Positions 20,560-30,814 of a stretch of 64,000 bases of DNA are shown piece by piece. This stretch comes from Gammaproteobacteria bacterium. GTDB lineage: Bacteria > Pseudomonadota > Gammaproteobacteria > UBA4575. Each line of letters starts with the position of its first letter. The stretch's first letter is position 1. The DNA lies in contig CBDEUS010000002.1 of the NCBI GenBank assembly GCA_965243395.1, positions 480,001-544,000 of the forward strand. Direction: 5' to 3'. The notes below the pieces were generated by a model. It saw only the letters and a list, made by a program, of their open reading frames with translations. It did no database searches and was not told the origin of the DNA. Position numbers and translations under genes: made by a program.

Positions 20560-21858
20560 TTGAACATGAGTTTAAAAATGGTGGCCCTGAGGGTGGATAG
20601 CAGATCCGGGGATTTTTCTGTTCGGACCGCTTCCAACAAAATATATCTCTCCAAAGCGAATCTTAAAAAAATTCCCTTACCTGAAAAAGGTACCCAACGG
20701 ATTTGGGATACCGAACAACCGGGTTTGTTTGTGCAACTTTCCTCAACCGGAAACGCGGTCGCCTACTATCGCTATCGATTGAATACACGTCAGCGTGATT
20801 ATCGTATCGGACGCGTCTCGCATTTGAGTATGAAATCGATTCGTGAAGCGGTACGCAAAGCGGCAGCGAAAGTCGAATTGGGTCGCGATCCGCAACAAGA
20901 ACGTAAAGAGGAAAAGAAACAACAACTCGAAGCCTTACGTCAACAAGAGAAAGACACGCACTCCACTTTGGGAAACTTTTATTACAACTATTATATTGAT
21001 TATGCCAAGGCGCATTTAAAAGACTACGAAGCACGTTTGCATTCGATCGAATTTAATTTTCAACAATGGTTCGAATGGCCGATGGAAGAACTCACTCCTG
21101 CGGTAGTGAGTCAATGGCGCAATCAAAAAATGAATACACCTGTGATCCGAGGTAAAGGAGCTAATCGAACGGAACATCCGAGAAAACCGGGTGGTGTGAA
21201 TCGACCGATTGCCTATCTTCGTGCTCTACTCACCGTTGCATTTGAAGAAGTCGAGATCATCGACAAACATCCGTTGGCAAAATTCAAACCTTTAAAAGAA
21301 CCCAAAAATCCTCGCAAACGTTTTTTACGTGAAGACGAGTACATTCGCCTGCGCAATACCTTGCGGGAACGCGAAGACTATCTCCCGGTGTTCATCGAAC
21401 TCGGAATTCATACCGGACTTCGCATGAATGAAATGCTGACACTGACTTGGGAGAATGTGAACTTTCAAGAGAAGTGTCTCATCGTGGAATCACAATATGC
21501 CAAGAGCAAACGTCAGCGAACGGTACCGTTGAATGACACCATCATCGCAATGTTGCGTGAATGGAAATTTAAGATTCAACGCTTCGGACCGTGGGTGTTC
21601 ACCAATCCTGAAACCGGTAACCACTATGTTTCGATTAAACGGGCTTGGGTTGCTGCGATGAAGGAAGCCAATATTGAAGACTTTGTGCGTCAGGATTTAC
21701 GGCGCACCTTTGGTAGTTGGTTAGCTGAACGTGGAGAAAGTATTTTTGTCATTAAAAATTTGCTTGGTCATAGCACCGTACAAGTCACCGAAGGGCATTA
21801 CGCATATCTACAAGATGATTCACAACGCCAAGCGGTGAAACGACTCGAAAATAAATAG
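20560..21858 (+). CDS. tyrosine recombinase/integrase with Arm-DNA-binding N-terminus
   Basis: WDTEQPGL.V...YRL...R..RIG arm domain; HTGLR..E, QDLRRTFGSWL, LLGHS...T..HY catalytic motifs (Q in place of the usual H in HxxR). Confidence 0.92.
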   Translation: MNMSLKMVALRVDSRSGDFSVRTASNKIYLSKANLKKIPLPEKGTQRIWDTEQPGLFVQLSSTGNAVAYYRYRLNTRQRDYRIGRVSHLSMKSIREAVRKAAAKVELGRDPQQERKEEKKQQLEALRQQEKDTHSTLGNFYYNYYIDYAKAHLKDYEARLHSIEFNFQQWFEWPMEELTPAVVSQWRNQKMNTPVIRGKGANRTEHPRKPGGVNRPIAYLRALLTVAFEEVEIIDKHPLAKFKPLKEPKNPRKRFLREDEYIRLRNTLREREDYLPVFIELGIHTGLRMNEMLTLTWENVNFQEKCLIVESQYAKSKRQRTVPLNDTIIAMLREWKFKIQRFGPWVFTNPETGNHYVSIKRAWVAAMKEANIEDFVRQDLRRTFGSWLAERGESIFVIKNLLGHSTVQVTEGHYAYLQDDSQRQAVKRLENK

Positions 21859-22386
21859 ATGCAGCAAAAATACACACAAAATGCACAAGACGGGGCGTCT
21901 TTTAACTACAAGTTCACCCCGGAGAAGATTGATGAATTTTTAGAGCAACTGGGTACTAACGGTAATATTTCACTTTCTGCAAAGATGGTGGGTATGAGTC
22001 GGCGTGCAATATATGCCTTTGCAAAGCGCGATCCGTCATTTCGAGAAGCGATGGATAATGCACGTGCGGAAGCACAAGACATGCTGTATTACGAGACTTG
22101 GCGGCGTGCAGTGCAGGGTGTGGAGGAGACGCTTTATTATCGTGGGAAGCCGTGTGGTACTGTCACTCGATACTCCGATAAATTACTTGCCTTGTTATTA
22201 CGACGACAATTCGGGATGCCGTTTTCGAAAGATGATGATTATCAGTTCACAAATAATGAAGATGAATCTCACTCAGCAACAATTGTCGATGACAACCTTG
22301 ATTTAAGCAAACTCACAGACGAAGAATTAAATACGTTTGCGCACTTAATTGATAAGTGTTCTGTCGAAGAAAATATTTCTTTTTAA
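21859..22386 (+). CDS. terminase small subunit-like HTH protein
   Basis: FLEQL...GNISLSAKMVGMSR..Y...DP.F.EAMD.A, RRAVQGVEE..YYRG......YSDKLL pattern, and DLSKLTDEEL tail typical of phage TerS-like proteins. Confidence 0.65.
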   Translation: MQQKYTQNAQDGASFNYKFTPEKIDEFLEQLGTNGNISLSAKMVGMSRRAIYAFAKRDPSFREAMDNARAEAQDMLYYETWRRAVQGVEETLYYRGKPCGTVTRYSDKLLALLLRRQFGMPFSKDDDYQFTNNEDESHSATIVDDNLDLSKLTDEELNTFAHLIDKCSVEENISF

Positions 22387-22520
22387 TTTTCTAATTTAGT
22401 AACTTCAATCTGTATCATAATGATAGTGATTGATCTTACTTTTATATTTTTACACTTAGCAATTATTGCTCAATACTAAAGTTATAGTATCTATAATCTA
22501 CTTTTAACTGGAGATTAAAA

Positions 22521-22784
22521 GTGGATCTAGAACATAACAGAACAGGCTCTATACAAGACGGCCAAATTCTTACATGTGCTGAAGCCGCTAAGTATTTAGG
22601 TGTGAGCATACTTGCTCTACGCGACTCACGATATTCGAATAAGTTATGTGGACGTAAATCACCGAAACATATTAAATTGAATCACCGTACTATTGTTTAT
22701 CGTAGAACTACTTTAGATGAGTGGCTTAATTCACTCGAAGAATTTGAGACTGCTTCAGAAGCTAGATCAGCAATTCAAAAATAA
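22521..22784 (+). CDS. AlpA/excisionase-like HTH protein
   Basis: LT..EAAKYLGVS...L......P..IKL..R.IVYRR..LDEWL. Confidence 0.8.
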   Translation: MDLEHNRTGSIQDGQILTCAEAAKYLGVSILALRDSRYSNKLCGRKSPKHIKLNHRTIVYRRTTLDEWLNSLEEFETASEARSAIQK

Positions 22785-22800
22785 TGAAAATAATAAATAA

Positions 22801-23223
22801 ATGTCGACTAAGTATCATTATACAGATGACCTTGTATTAATAGATGAAGGAGATTATGAGTTTATTTATGATCATCACGAAACGTATCTATATTTAGGAA
22901 AATCCCCGAAGTTAGCGGTGTGGTTTAAAATTATTTCGAAGAGTAAGTTTAATGGAATATATATTCCACGATACTACAATGTTGCAAAAGTTAATGGAAA
23001 AAGAGAAATAAATGGATTATTTGATCCAAAAGGTCAAAAAAGTGATCTCGTAAGAGAAGCGACACTAGTCACGGGGGAGATACCTGAAAGATATAATGAA
23101 TCTCTAAGTTCATGGAAAGGAATAGTAGTTCTTGGGTATGTGCATGCAGTTCAAAAGAACTCAAATGGTCAAAAGTTACATGAAAAATTGCACTATTCTG
23201 TAATTAAATATTTATATATATAA
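22801..23223 (+). CDS. hypothetical protein (phage/satellite-like)
   Basis: 140-aa ORF co-oriented with the AlpA-like gene. Confidence 0.6.
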   Translation: MSTKYHYTDDLVLIDEGDYEFIYDHHETYLYLGKSPKLAVWFKIISKSKFNGIYIPRYYNVAKVNGKREINGLFDPKGQKSDLVREATLVTGEIPERYNESLSSWKGIVVLGYVHAVQKNSNGQKLHEKLHYSVIKYLYI

Positions 23224-23471
23224 GTATTCTAGTATTTCAAATTAGTATTTTAAATTTGTTAATTAGCTATCCCTAACCCTAGTGCCATACCAGTTCCTTC
23301 TCCCTTCCTATTGCTAAACTTATTCCCACACCTATATACACATGTGAATATTCAGGTGTGTTATTGAAGACGATAATTTTTTCTATAACCCTGTAGTATA
23401 AATTTAATTTAATCGCAATCATTTACTCTAATAGGTCAAAAACCTATACATCAGCACCTGGTCAAACAATT

Positions 23472-24362
23472 TTAGTCCCACTCAACAGCCACGCTTATCA
23501 CAGCATCTAATACAATGGCAGCATCAGCTGCTGCTCGTCCATGCAAGGTAACTCCTAATTCCATTGAGTGTTCAAGTGATGCAGTATTCATGTTTGAGGA
23601 TCCAATATATACAGCATCTCTGTCACATAATATTACTTTTGCATGAAATGTTTCTCTTCCAGAGCCTACAATTTTTGGTATCGAATAGTTTAAGACGCGT
23701 ATTGCATTCTCCTTCAGCCACATTGAAATAGTATCGTAACCTTGAGGATAGTCACTTCGAGACGGTGAATCTAAACTTCTTAGGATAAGTACCCGTTCAA
23801 CATCAGCGTTTATAAGAGAAAATAATTCCTGAAGCCACAAAGCACCTTTTATATCAAAAAATGGTGTCATTACCACAACTCTTTGTTTTGCAGTTTGAAC
23901 CATGTTTTGAAACGCGCGAGCAGTTGGTTCCAGTTCAGATGTCTTCCATCCAAACTCTGATAACTTTTTTTCTAAATTACTTGGTTTTGGTGGTTTAGTT
24001 AAAACGACACTTGCATTTGTCGCGTCTTTATGAATATTAGAAATGTAAAAGTCTATAGTACTAAGTGCAAAAGCCAAACGTTTAAATAACTTGTAGGTAC
24101 TACTAAGAGGTAAATAGCCATTATCAACCTTTTTGATAACTTTTAGCTCTACAGATTTTTCAAGTACTTCATGTGTAGCAGCTTCTTCTGTTAGTCCTAA
24201 TTGTGCATGATCAATCAATGTACGTTCAGATTGTACTAACGTTTCTGGTAACTCTGCCCAAGAATCAAAAAGTGAAGATGCTAAGCTCGCTCTATACACA
24301 AGTCCTACAATTATTTGTTTCTCAAACGCTGAAAGTTTTTCTGCTGACATTGCAAAAAACAC
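23472..24362 (-). CDS. phospholipase D-family nuclease, DrmC-like
   Basis: single HKD motif FHAKVILCD...YIGSSN...S.ELG; last gene of the helicase operon. Confidence 0.8.
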   Translation of the reverse strand: MFFAMSAEKLSAFEKQIIVGLVYRASLASSLFDSWAELPETLVQSERTLIDHAQLGLTEEAATHEVLEKSVELKVIKKVDNGYLPLSSTYKLFKRLAFALSTIDFYISNIHKDATNASVVLTKPPKPSNLEKKLSEFGWKTSELEPTARAFQNMVQTAKQRVVVMTPFFDIKGALWLQELFSLINADVERVLILRSLDSPSRSDYPQGYDTISMWLKENAIRVLNYSIPKIVGSGRETFHAKVILCDRDAVYIGSSNMNTASLEHSMELGVTLHGRAAADAAIVLDAVISVAVEWD

Positions 24363-24366
24363 TAAA

Positions 24367-26574
24367 TTACATTATTGAATCAAAATAACCATCGATTGCG
24401 CCTTTCCTAATATCGAATCGCTTTGGCCGACCGCCTATTGATCGTAGTACTGTTCTTGATAAAAGTTTGTTGCCGGCAATACAAGATGTTTCAGGAATCA
24501 TGATGCAATCTGGACAAGCCCCTCCTCTTTGAGTACATAGAGAACCAGTACCACATTGTGTTGCTTTAATGCTTAACAGAGATGAAAGCATTGCAGTTCC
24601 TGAATTACGCCACATTGCAGAGAGATTTCCCAAGTCCATAGTAGTTCCACTACGATAGACCACAAAGGCAAGATCTGCAGGGAATATATATTCTCCTAAT
24701 GAACCAAGATCCAAACCAGAATATTCTGACACATGCTTCATCAATAAGTGCGAGTAGCTGTGAAGTAGTGTGTAGATATAATAATAAACTGATGGTGAAT
24801 CAGACTGTTCTAACTGATCTAAAAAAGGCTTCATAGGTTGGGCTACATTTAATATACCTGCGCCAATTTTCTCAGTGGGATTTAGGGAGAACATGTCAGA
24901 ACAATTTAAGTCTTTAAGCCAAGCTACAACCGTTTCTTCTTTAAGCCTCACATACAATGCTTCATTACTTTGCTGGACAACATACACGGGGTGACATGAT
25001 ATGTCGTTATATTTTACTTTTGGGAAAAGCCTCATTCTTACAGGCATTCTCTTACCTCGTTTCTCTAAAGTTGGAGTCGACTCCATCCGTGAGTAACCAA
25101 AACTAAATTTGCATAAGTCAAATTCACGAATAAGACCCATATCATCAAGGCCCAACTTATCTAATAGCTCACGTGTATAGATTTGCTGTTCTTCAGTCTC
25201 TTCTATTTTATTTGGCGCTAGATCTTCATCAAGTCTGGTAAACGAAACATACTTTTTTTTCCCATTTGTCTTTGTTTCTACATCCAGCCTTGTATTCTTT
25301 AAAGCAGAATGTTCTACAGCTAATCTAAATGGGTCAAACTTTGAAGCAAATCGAGTTTGACGTTCATGAATATTAGCCAGGACATTACTAGGTAAATTCA
25401 CCTTTGCAATTAAAATTTCTCGTCTATGCAAATCATCTATAATCCGTTTTTTAGTTACATAAGCTGTATCTAAAGATTTCTTTAATATTTTACTTGTTTG
25501 GTCATCTGAATTTTCTAATAGCTCTTCAATATCTCTAATTGTACTAACTGCACTTCTATATTCTGCGAGATCAATATTACATTCATCCTTTCCTGCACAT
25601 GCATTTTCGACATCTTCATCTGTAATTAAATCTACAGCGAATCCATATTGTATTGCTACAAAGTCTTTGAGAGCTTCTTCTCGACTTGGACGTAATCGTG
25701 TCAAAAGATCTTGGCTTCCGTCTTTGAAGTCGACAAATAAATCTGATTTGAGGTAGTAAGCGTTTGATGCCCGATAAGGCGTTGCTTCCATTCGAACATG
25801 AGAAACCCATGCTGAATAATTGAATCGTCCGATTATAGCTAAGGTGTCTTTGTCATTTTGCAACCATTTCCCTGGGTGTAATGGTTTATCACAAACTGCA
25901 CACTCAAAAAACCATTCTCCTATTTGAGGGGATTTTCTATTAAGCCTAAAGTCGGCACTATTACACGTACATCTGCTTCGACGCGGAACGACTTTTTCTT
26001 TTTTACTATCCCATTGCCATTGGCCCGGAAATGGAGCAGCCCAGTTGCCCGACCAATGAACAAAAATAACATCAAGTTGTTCCCAATCGCATTGCCCCTT
26101 TTTTCTAGGATTTGGACAATATTCTGGTGTTAACTTACTCAAATTCTTGTCGAGCTCATTTAAGTTTTTATAATCTTTAAACATTCCACATGTTCTACAC
26201 ACAAAGCTAAGTGGTGCCGGTGTGTATCCCATATGTGACGGTTTGCATAGATGAAACCTGTCTTCACCAGGTAGTTGAAACTCAGAACATGATGAATTAA
26301 GCAATGCCCTATCTACACACTGAAGCGGTTTCACTGCTTCATTTGAGTTACCCCCCTCTCGAGCAGACATTGCCCTATCAAACCATGATGAACCTAGCTC
26401 ATTCATGCGTTCATATATAAGCTCTTTGGTAGGTTCACTAAGATCAACTGAAGCACCAGCTGTTGAACGCGAAATACATGCACCGAGACCACCTTCAAAT
26501 GTAAAAAAACTTTCAGGCGCATAAGCAGTCGCAAGTTGATTTCGAGATCGAGACATAGTTTTAGCTTTAGCCAT
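24367..26574 (-). CDS. DrmB-like protein with C-terminal DUF1998 Zn site
   Basis: YTLLHSYSHLLM, C...SLC...GGACPDC..IPETSC...NKLLSR. Confidence 0.8.
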   Translation of the reverse strand: MAKAKTMSRSRNQLATAYAPESFFTFEGGLGACISRSTAGASVDLSEPTKELIYERMNELGSSWFDRAMSAREGGNSNEAVKPLQCVDRALLNSSCSEFQLPGEDRFHLCKPSHMGYTPAPLSFVCRTCGMFKDYKNLNELDKNLSKLTPEYCPNPRKKGQCDWEQLDVIFVHWSGNWAAPFPGQWQWDSKKEKVVPRRSRCTCNSADFRLNRKSPQIGEWFFECAVCDKPLHPGKWLQNDKDTLAIIGRFNYSAWVSHVRMEATPYRASNAYYLKSDLFVDFKDGSQDLLTRLRPSREEALKDFVAIQYGFAVDLITDEDVENACAGKDECNIDLAEYRSAVSTIRDIEELLENSDDQTSKILKKSLDTAYVTKKRIIDDLHRREILIAKVNLPSNVLANIHERQTRFASKFDPFRLAVEHSALKNTRLDVETKTNGKKKYVSFTRLDEDLAPNKIEETEEQQIYTRELLDKLGLDDMGLIREFDLCKFSFGYSRMESTPTLEKRGKRMPVRMRLFPKVKYNDISCHPVYVVQQSNEALYVRLKEETVVAWLKDLNCSDMFSLNPTEKIGAGILNVAQPMKPFLDQLEQSDSPSVYYYIYTLLHSYSHLLMKHVSEYSGLDLGSLGEYIFPADLAFVVYRSGTTMDLGNLSAMWRNSGTAMLSSLLSIKATQCGTGSLCTQRGGACPDCIMIPETSCIAGNKLLSRTVLRSIGGRPKRFDIRKGAIDGYFDSIM

Positions 26575-26615
26575 TATTTTTTTCTCATAATTGATTTGGT
26601 TTCAAATACTCATTT

Positions 26616-29600
26616 CTATGAATCAATGTCAGCTCCTGAGCCTTTTCTTATAAACATCATTGCACGGCCCGTTACACCATCTTGTACTCTATTATTAGCA
26701 GCATCGAATTTTGATTCTTGAATTTCACCTGGAAGATCGACATCTCGGAGCGATGTCATAGGTCTTAGTAAGGGAGAGCGAACTTTAAAAAAATTTGACA
26801 GGTATGTGGCACTTACGAATTTGTCTTCATCTAGATCTTGTTGATAGTGATTTAGTTGTTCTTTAAGTAAAGCCCGATAATAATTTTTTCCTTCAGGTGA
26901 AGGCGAAAATTCAAGTCCAAGTGCTTTTTCCATGAAAGTATTGGTTTCTTTTAAATTGTCCGGTTTATTTAGAAAGTTTTTTACGTCATCAGCCATCATA
27001 TAATAAGGTGACTTATCCTTATTTTTTTCATTTGCAGCACATAATTCTTTAATTGCATTTATGCCGCATACATACTCTTGAAAGAAACTTGGCATTACAC
27101 GAACAAGAGCTTTTTCTGCCCATCTATCTACAGATGCTGGGAGAATCATCCTTTCTAAAAACCTATGAAAAATATCATGTATCTCCAACACAAATCGGTC
27201 TCTATATCGTTGAGGTATTGGTACCAGCAATGAAAAACCGACATGCGTACGACCGACACGTGAAGAAGCTTGAATATATTGAGCGATATCCGACGGCATT
27301 CCTGCAAAAAACATTGCATTAAATTCTTCAACATCAACTCCATGTGATATTGCTGATGTTGCAATTATTGATCTCAACGTATTATTAAGATCAGGAAAAG
27401 GTTTATTTATACCGACTCGTTTCTCTGCTTTTCGAATAACTTCCTGGATATCTCCAGCTGACACAGCTCCAGAAATAAGTTCTGAAGAAAGTATGTGCTC
27501 ATCATAACCATTGGCTTTGTGGAGCTTTTCAAATTCGACTTTCTCAGTATCAATGACTTGATCACCACCTTTTTTATTAGTTACATATGTCAATGAGATA
27601 CGATGTAAGTCGATAAGGGTTAATAGTGTCTCGATACTTGCTTCAGTAAGTAACCGCACATGTTGTTTATATAATGCTCCGGGTGATACCCATTGTATTA
27701 ATTTTTCTCTTGCATATTTTTGTTTAGTGGAATCTTCACTTCGTAAATATTCATACATTTCTGTTATAGCAAGGTGATAGTGTCCAAGTACAGAAGCCAT
27801 TGCCACAGTGTGACGATGATTATTCGTAAGGACAGAAACATATATTCGAGCCCAATGGCTTCTTATTTCAGTTTCATGTATGGGTATCTCTACGCGTTCA
27901 GAATCTTCCAAAGTATTGTCTGGGTCTTTGGGATTCATATAAAAGGAACTGTATAATTCCGGTCCCGGATATGGAAATTGTATCGTCGAAGACCGTTGAT
28001 ATAGATTTCGCATTTGTCGATTTGGATCTGCAACTGTTGCAGATGCAGCAATCACTTTAATTTTTCTGCGAACAGTTGAGTTTGGTTCACAGCAAATAGC
28101 GCCATCAAGCAATGTAGCAAGTTGATCAAAAGCGGATTCTAATGCTGACTCAAATAGTGCTGCAAATGTTCCTAGCGATTCATCTAGTAAATGAGCCTCA
28201 TCTTGAATAAGCAAAGATGGAAATGGATCATAAAATCTTTTTTCACCAGTTGAAAAAACTGGAAACAACTTTCGTGAATTAGAACCAGGATGCCCATCCC
28301 ATTGTTTGAGCTGGTTTGGGGTGTGTAACCGATCCGAATCATTTAAAATTAATGGAGCAAAACCAAAAATTCCAAAGAATTTTCTAATTGTGCTTTGGGT
28401 ATGACCTAAAGCAGCAAGTTTATCAATCGTGCCCAACAAAACTGATGGTGCAAGGCAATAGATGTCTTCATCTACTATATAAAAAGGAAGTGGTGTCGGA
28501 GACTTAAAACGAGCGTTCCATGAGCATTTTTCTTTTGACGATGTACAAAAATGTCCTAATGTATTCGCACTGTTAGCAGAATGACGCCTAAGTGCTATAG
28601 CATCATCTTTATTATTATGACAAAAAGGGCATTTAGTGATTTTCAACCATCGTTCTTTTGCGCTTTTATATGGTTGAGTTTCTTTGAATTTAGTTTCATC
28701 GGTTGGAGCAACATCTATCTCAGTTGGAACGTCATTATATGCTTCATCTTTATGCCAATTAGGTGTGTTGCTGCGACCTACCCAGAAACCCAAGGAAAAT
28801 ATCTCGCCAGGATGATGACGTAAGTAGCGTATTTCCTCAGCAGCACTCATCACCTCAAAAGTTCTTCGTGCTTGCTGCAGTGTTAATAATCGAAGAGGAT
28901 AACGCATGAGGGCTGATACACCGAAATGCTTTCCTCGTAGTCGATCTAAAAACAAAACAAAAACTAGTAAACCAAGAAAAGCCTCTGACTTACCCCCACC
29001 AGTTGAAAAGTAAAGAAGCGTTACAGCATTTGCATGCATTGCTGTCTCTGGTGTGTAAAAGCTATGGTATTCAGGAATACGAGTCACAAACGAAGGGATA
29101 GTTGCCAAAATAAATGCCAGTTGAAACAAACGCCACTCTTTATAACCTTTTGCTTTGGCAACTTTGTGCATTGCTGTGTTCATAGACACCCATGCCTCAA
29201 ACGGAATGCCAAGAGGAGATTCCTGAACTCCTGGACCGCTCCAATGCTTGCTTGATACATCTAAAATTTCAATTCCACAGCGTATCGCACTTAACTCATC
29301 ACGCCATTTCTTAAGATCTTTTTGAAACTTATCTTCCTCCAGAATCTTTTGTTCCTCAGAATCTGGTTCTTCCAAACCTGAATCTACAGGATTATTTTTT
29401 ATTTTATTTAGCCAAGACTCATATGAATCCAGTAGTGGTTTAAGTCCTTTTACACAATCTGGCTGTGACAATTTTTCAATATTGCTTTCTACTGTTACTT
29501 CAGCAGGTATTATTCTTGGTAAAATATACCTTGGTGACCATGTCGTAGTTAGTAAATGTTGATCACCGATTTTTGTCATCACGACACCACCATTGAATCC

Positions 29601-30794
29601 AAGGGCGGGATATTCTAAGTAGCGATTGTATTGATAGGATGGTTTGACACGGTCAAGACGTAAGGGCTTGTGTATTGAAGCTGGTAATTCTACCGACATT
29701 GATACATGGAACAGTGATGGTTCGATTTCTTTATAATTTGTTTTGTTTAATGGCTTCGTCCAATTCTCAATTGCAATATGAATTGTTTTTCGTGATGGTA
29801 TTAAAGGATCTGGTACTGTCTGAACCACCCATCGAAAATCAAATTCCGGTACTAACACCTTTAAATCGGATGTTCTTACCGAATCAAGATATTTTTCCCA
29901 GTTGCGTATATCAGATGGTTTAACTTTCAGCCCTTTTCTGTAGCACCAATGATGACCGCCAAAATTTTCATCAGTGCTCGTTGCCCAGTTATTTAATTGT
30001 TCTTTAATTGAATTATTAAGTAAGTTTGTTGCATTCGATGCATCCAACTTATCTAATGTGAAGTTAAACGAGGGAAGCTCTAGTTCAAGGCGAAGCCATT
30101 TGGGCGGTGGTAATATTTCTTCGACTACGTCATCGGGCAATGTGCCATTGCATTGAACTTCTTCCATTGGAGGATTTTTATCTTCATTAGGTAATTCATC
30201 ATTTTCTTCCGCTTCATTATCAGAAAACTCAAATTCATCCTTATCAATCTGACTACGATCGAGCTCGTTATTAAAGGGTATACCCATTTCTTTATGAATA
30301 GCCTTGCGCACTTGCTCGCTTTTTGTTTTCCAATCAGGGTGGTCATATCCACCCTCTAAAGAATTCCTCAATTCTGAAAGTGCAAAACGGGTTTTAGTTT
30401 TTATCTCTTTGTTAATTTTAGAGGTAAGTGGGAAATTTGGTGCTAACCTGCCATCAGGTTTTACGTCTTCTTGTGAGGGCAATACTCGTATGTATACAGC
30501 ACCATTAACTGAAACTTTGATATTTGAATTCTTTGCATCTGATCTGACTTGAAAATCTAGGCCATGTGCACTTATCTGAATTGGATTGGCTTCTTCATCA
30601 CCATCACGCTCACCTTCAGGCATTGGCACTATGAATTCTGAAACAAGCTGTAAACTAGGTTTACGTTTATATATTACTTTGTAAAATTCACCTCGTCCTG
30701 CCAATCGAGCAGAAACATTATTTAGCAAACTGTCAACGACAGCTTCTTTATATCCGTCATGAATTTCACGTGGATCTTTGCTAAGAATAGACAT
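26616..30794 (-). CDS. DrmA-like SF2 helicase
   Basis: WRLFQLAFIL, Walker A FSTGGGKSEA, RYPLRLLTLQQ, QDEAHLL, SAT, ISHGVDV, YIQASSRVGR. Confidence 0.85.
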   Translation of the reverse strand: MSILSKDPREIHDGYKEAVVDSLLNNVSARLAGRGEFYKVIYKRKPSLQLVSEFIVPMPEGERDGDEEANPIQISAHGLDFQVRSDAKNSNIKVSVNGAVYIRVLPSQEDVKPDGRLAPNFPLTSKINKEIKTKTRFALSELRNSLEGGYDHPDWKTKSEQVRKAIHKEMGIPFNNELDRSQIDKDEFEFSDNEAEENDELPNEDKNPPMEEVQCNGTLPDDVVEEILPPPKWLRLELELPSFNFTLDKLDASNATNLLNNSIKEQLNNWATSTDENFGGHHWCYRKGLKVKPSDIRNWEKYLDSVRTSDLKVLVPEFDFRWVVQTVPDPLIPSRKTIHIAIENWTKPLNKTNYKEIEPSLFHVSMSVELPASIHKPLRLDRVKPSYQYNRYLEYPALGFNGGVVMTKIGDQHLLTTTWSPRYILPRIIPAEVTVESNIEKLSQPDCVKGLKPLLDSYESWLNKIKNNPVDSGLEEPDSEEQKILEEDKFQKDLKKWRDELSAIRCGIEILDVSSKHWSGPGVQESPLGIPFEAWVSMNTAMHKVAKAKGYKEWRLFQLAFILATIPSFVTRIPEYHSFYTPETAMHANAVTLLYFSTGGGKSEAFLGLLVFVLFLDRLRGKHFGVSALMRYPLRLLTLQQARRTFEVMSAAEEIRYLRHHPGEIFSLGFWVGRSNTPNWHKDEAYNDVPTEIDVAPTDETKFKETQPYKSAKERWLKITKCPFCHNNKDDAIALRRHSANSANTLGHFCTSSKEKCSWNARFKSPTPLPFYIVDEDIYCLAPSVLLGTIDKLAALGHTQSTIRKFFGIFGFAPLILNDSDRLHTPNQLKQWDGHPGSNSRKLFPVFSTGEKRFYDPFPSLLIQDEAHLLDESLGTFAALFESALESAFDQLATLLDGAICCEPNSTVRRKIKVIAASATVADPNRQMRNLYQRSSTIQFPYPGPELYSSFYMNPKDPDNTLEDSERVEIPIHETEIRSHWARIYVSVLTNNHRHTVAMASVLGHYHLAITEMYEYLRSEDSTKQKYAREKLIQWVSPGALYKQHVRLLTEASIETLLTLIDLHRISLTYVTNKKGGDQVIDTEKVEFEKLHKANGYDEHILSSELISGAVSAGDIQEVIRKAEKRVGINKPFPDLNNTLRSIIATSAISHGVDVEEFNAMFFAGMPSDIAQYIQASSRVGRTHVGFSLLVPIPQRYRDRFVLEIHDIFHRFLERMILPASVDRWAEKALVRVMPSFFQEYVCGINAIKELCAANEKNKDKSPYYMMADDVKNFLNKPDNLKETNTFMEKALGLEFSPSPEGKNYYRALLKEQLNHYQQDLDEDKFVSATYLSNFFKVRSPLLRPMTSLRDVDLPGEIQESKFDAANNRVQDGVTGRAMMFIRKGSGADIDS

Positions 30795-30814
30795 ATATAA
30801 GTTTTATAGTTTCG

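Noticed and set aside
22801-23223. Possible phage single-stranded DNA-binding (DUF669-like) protein
   Set aside because: Only a vague pattern resemblance; it cannot be supported without a profile search.
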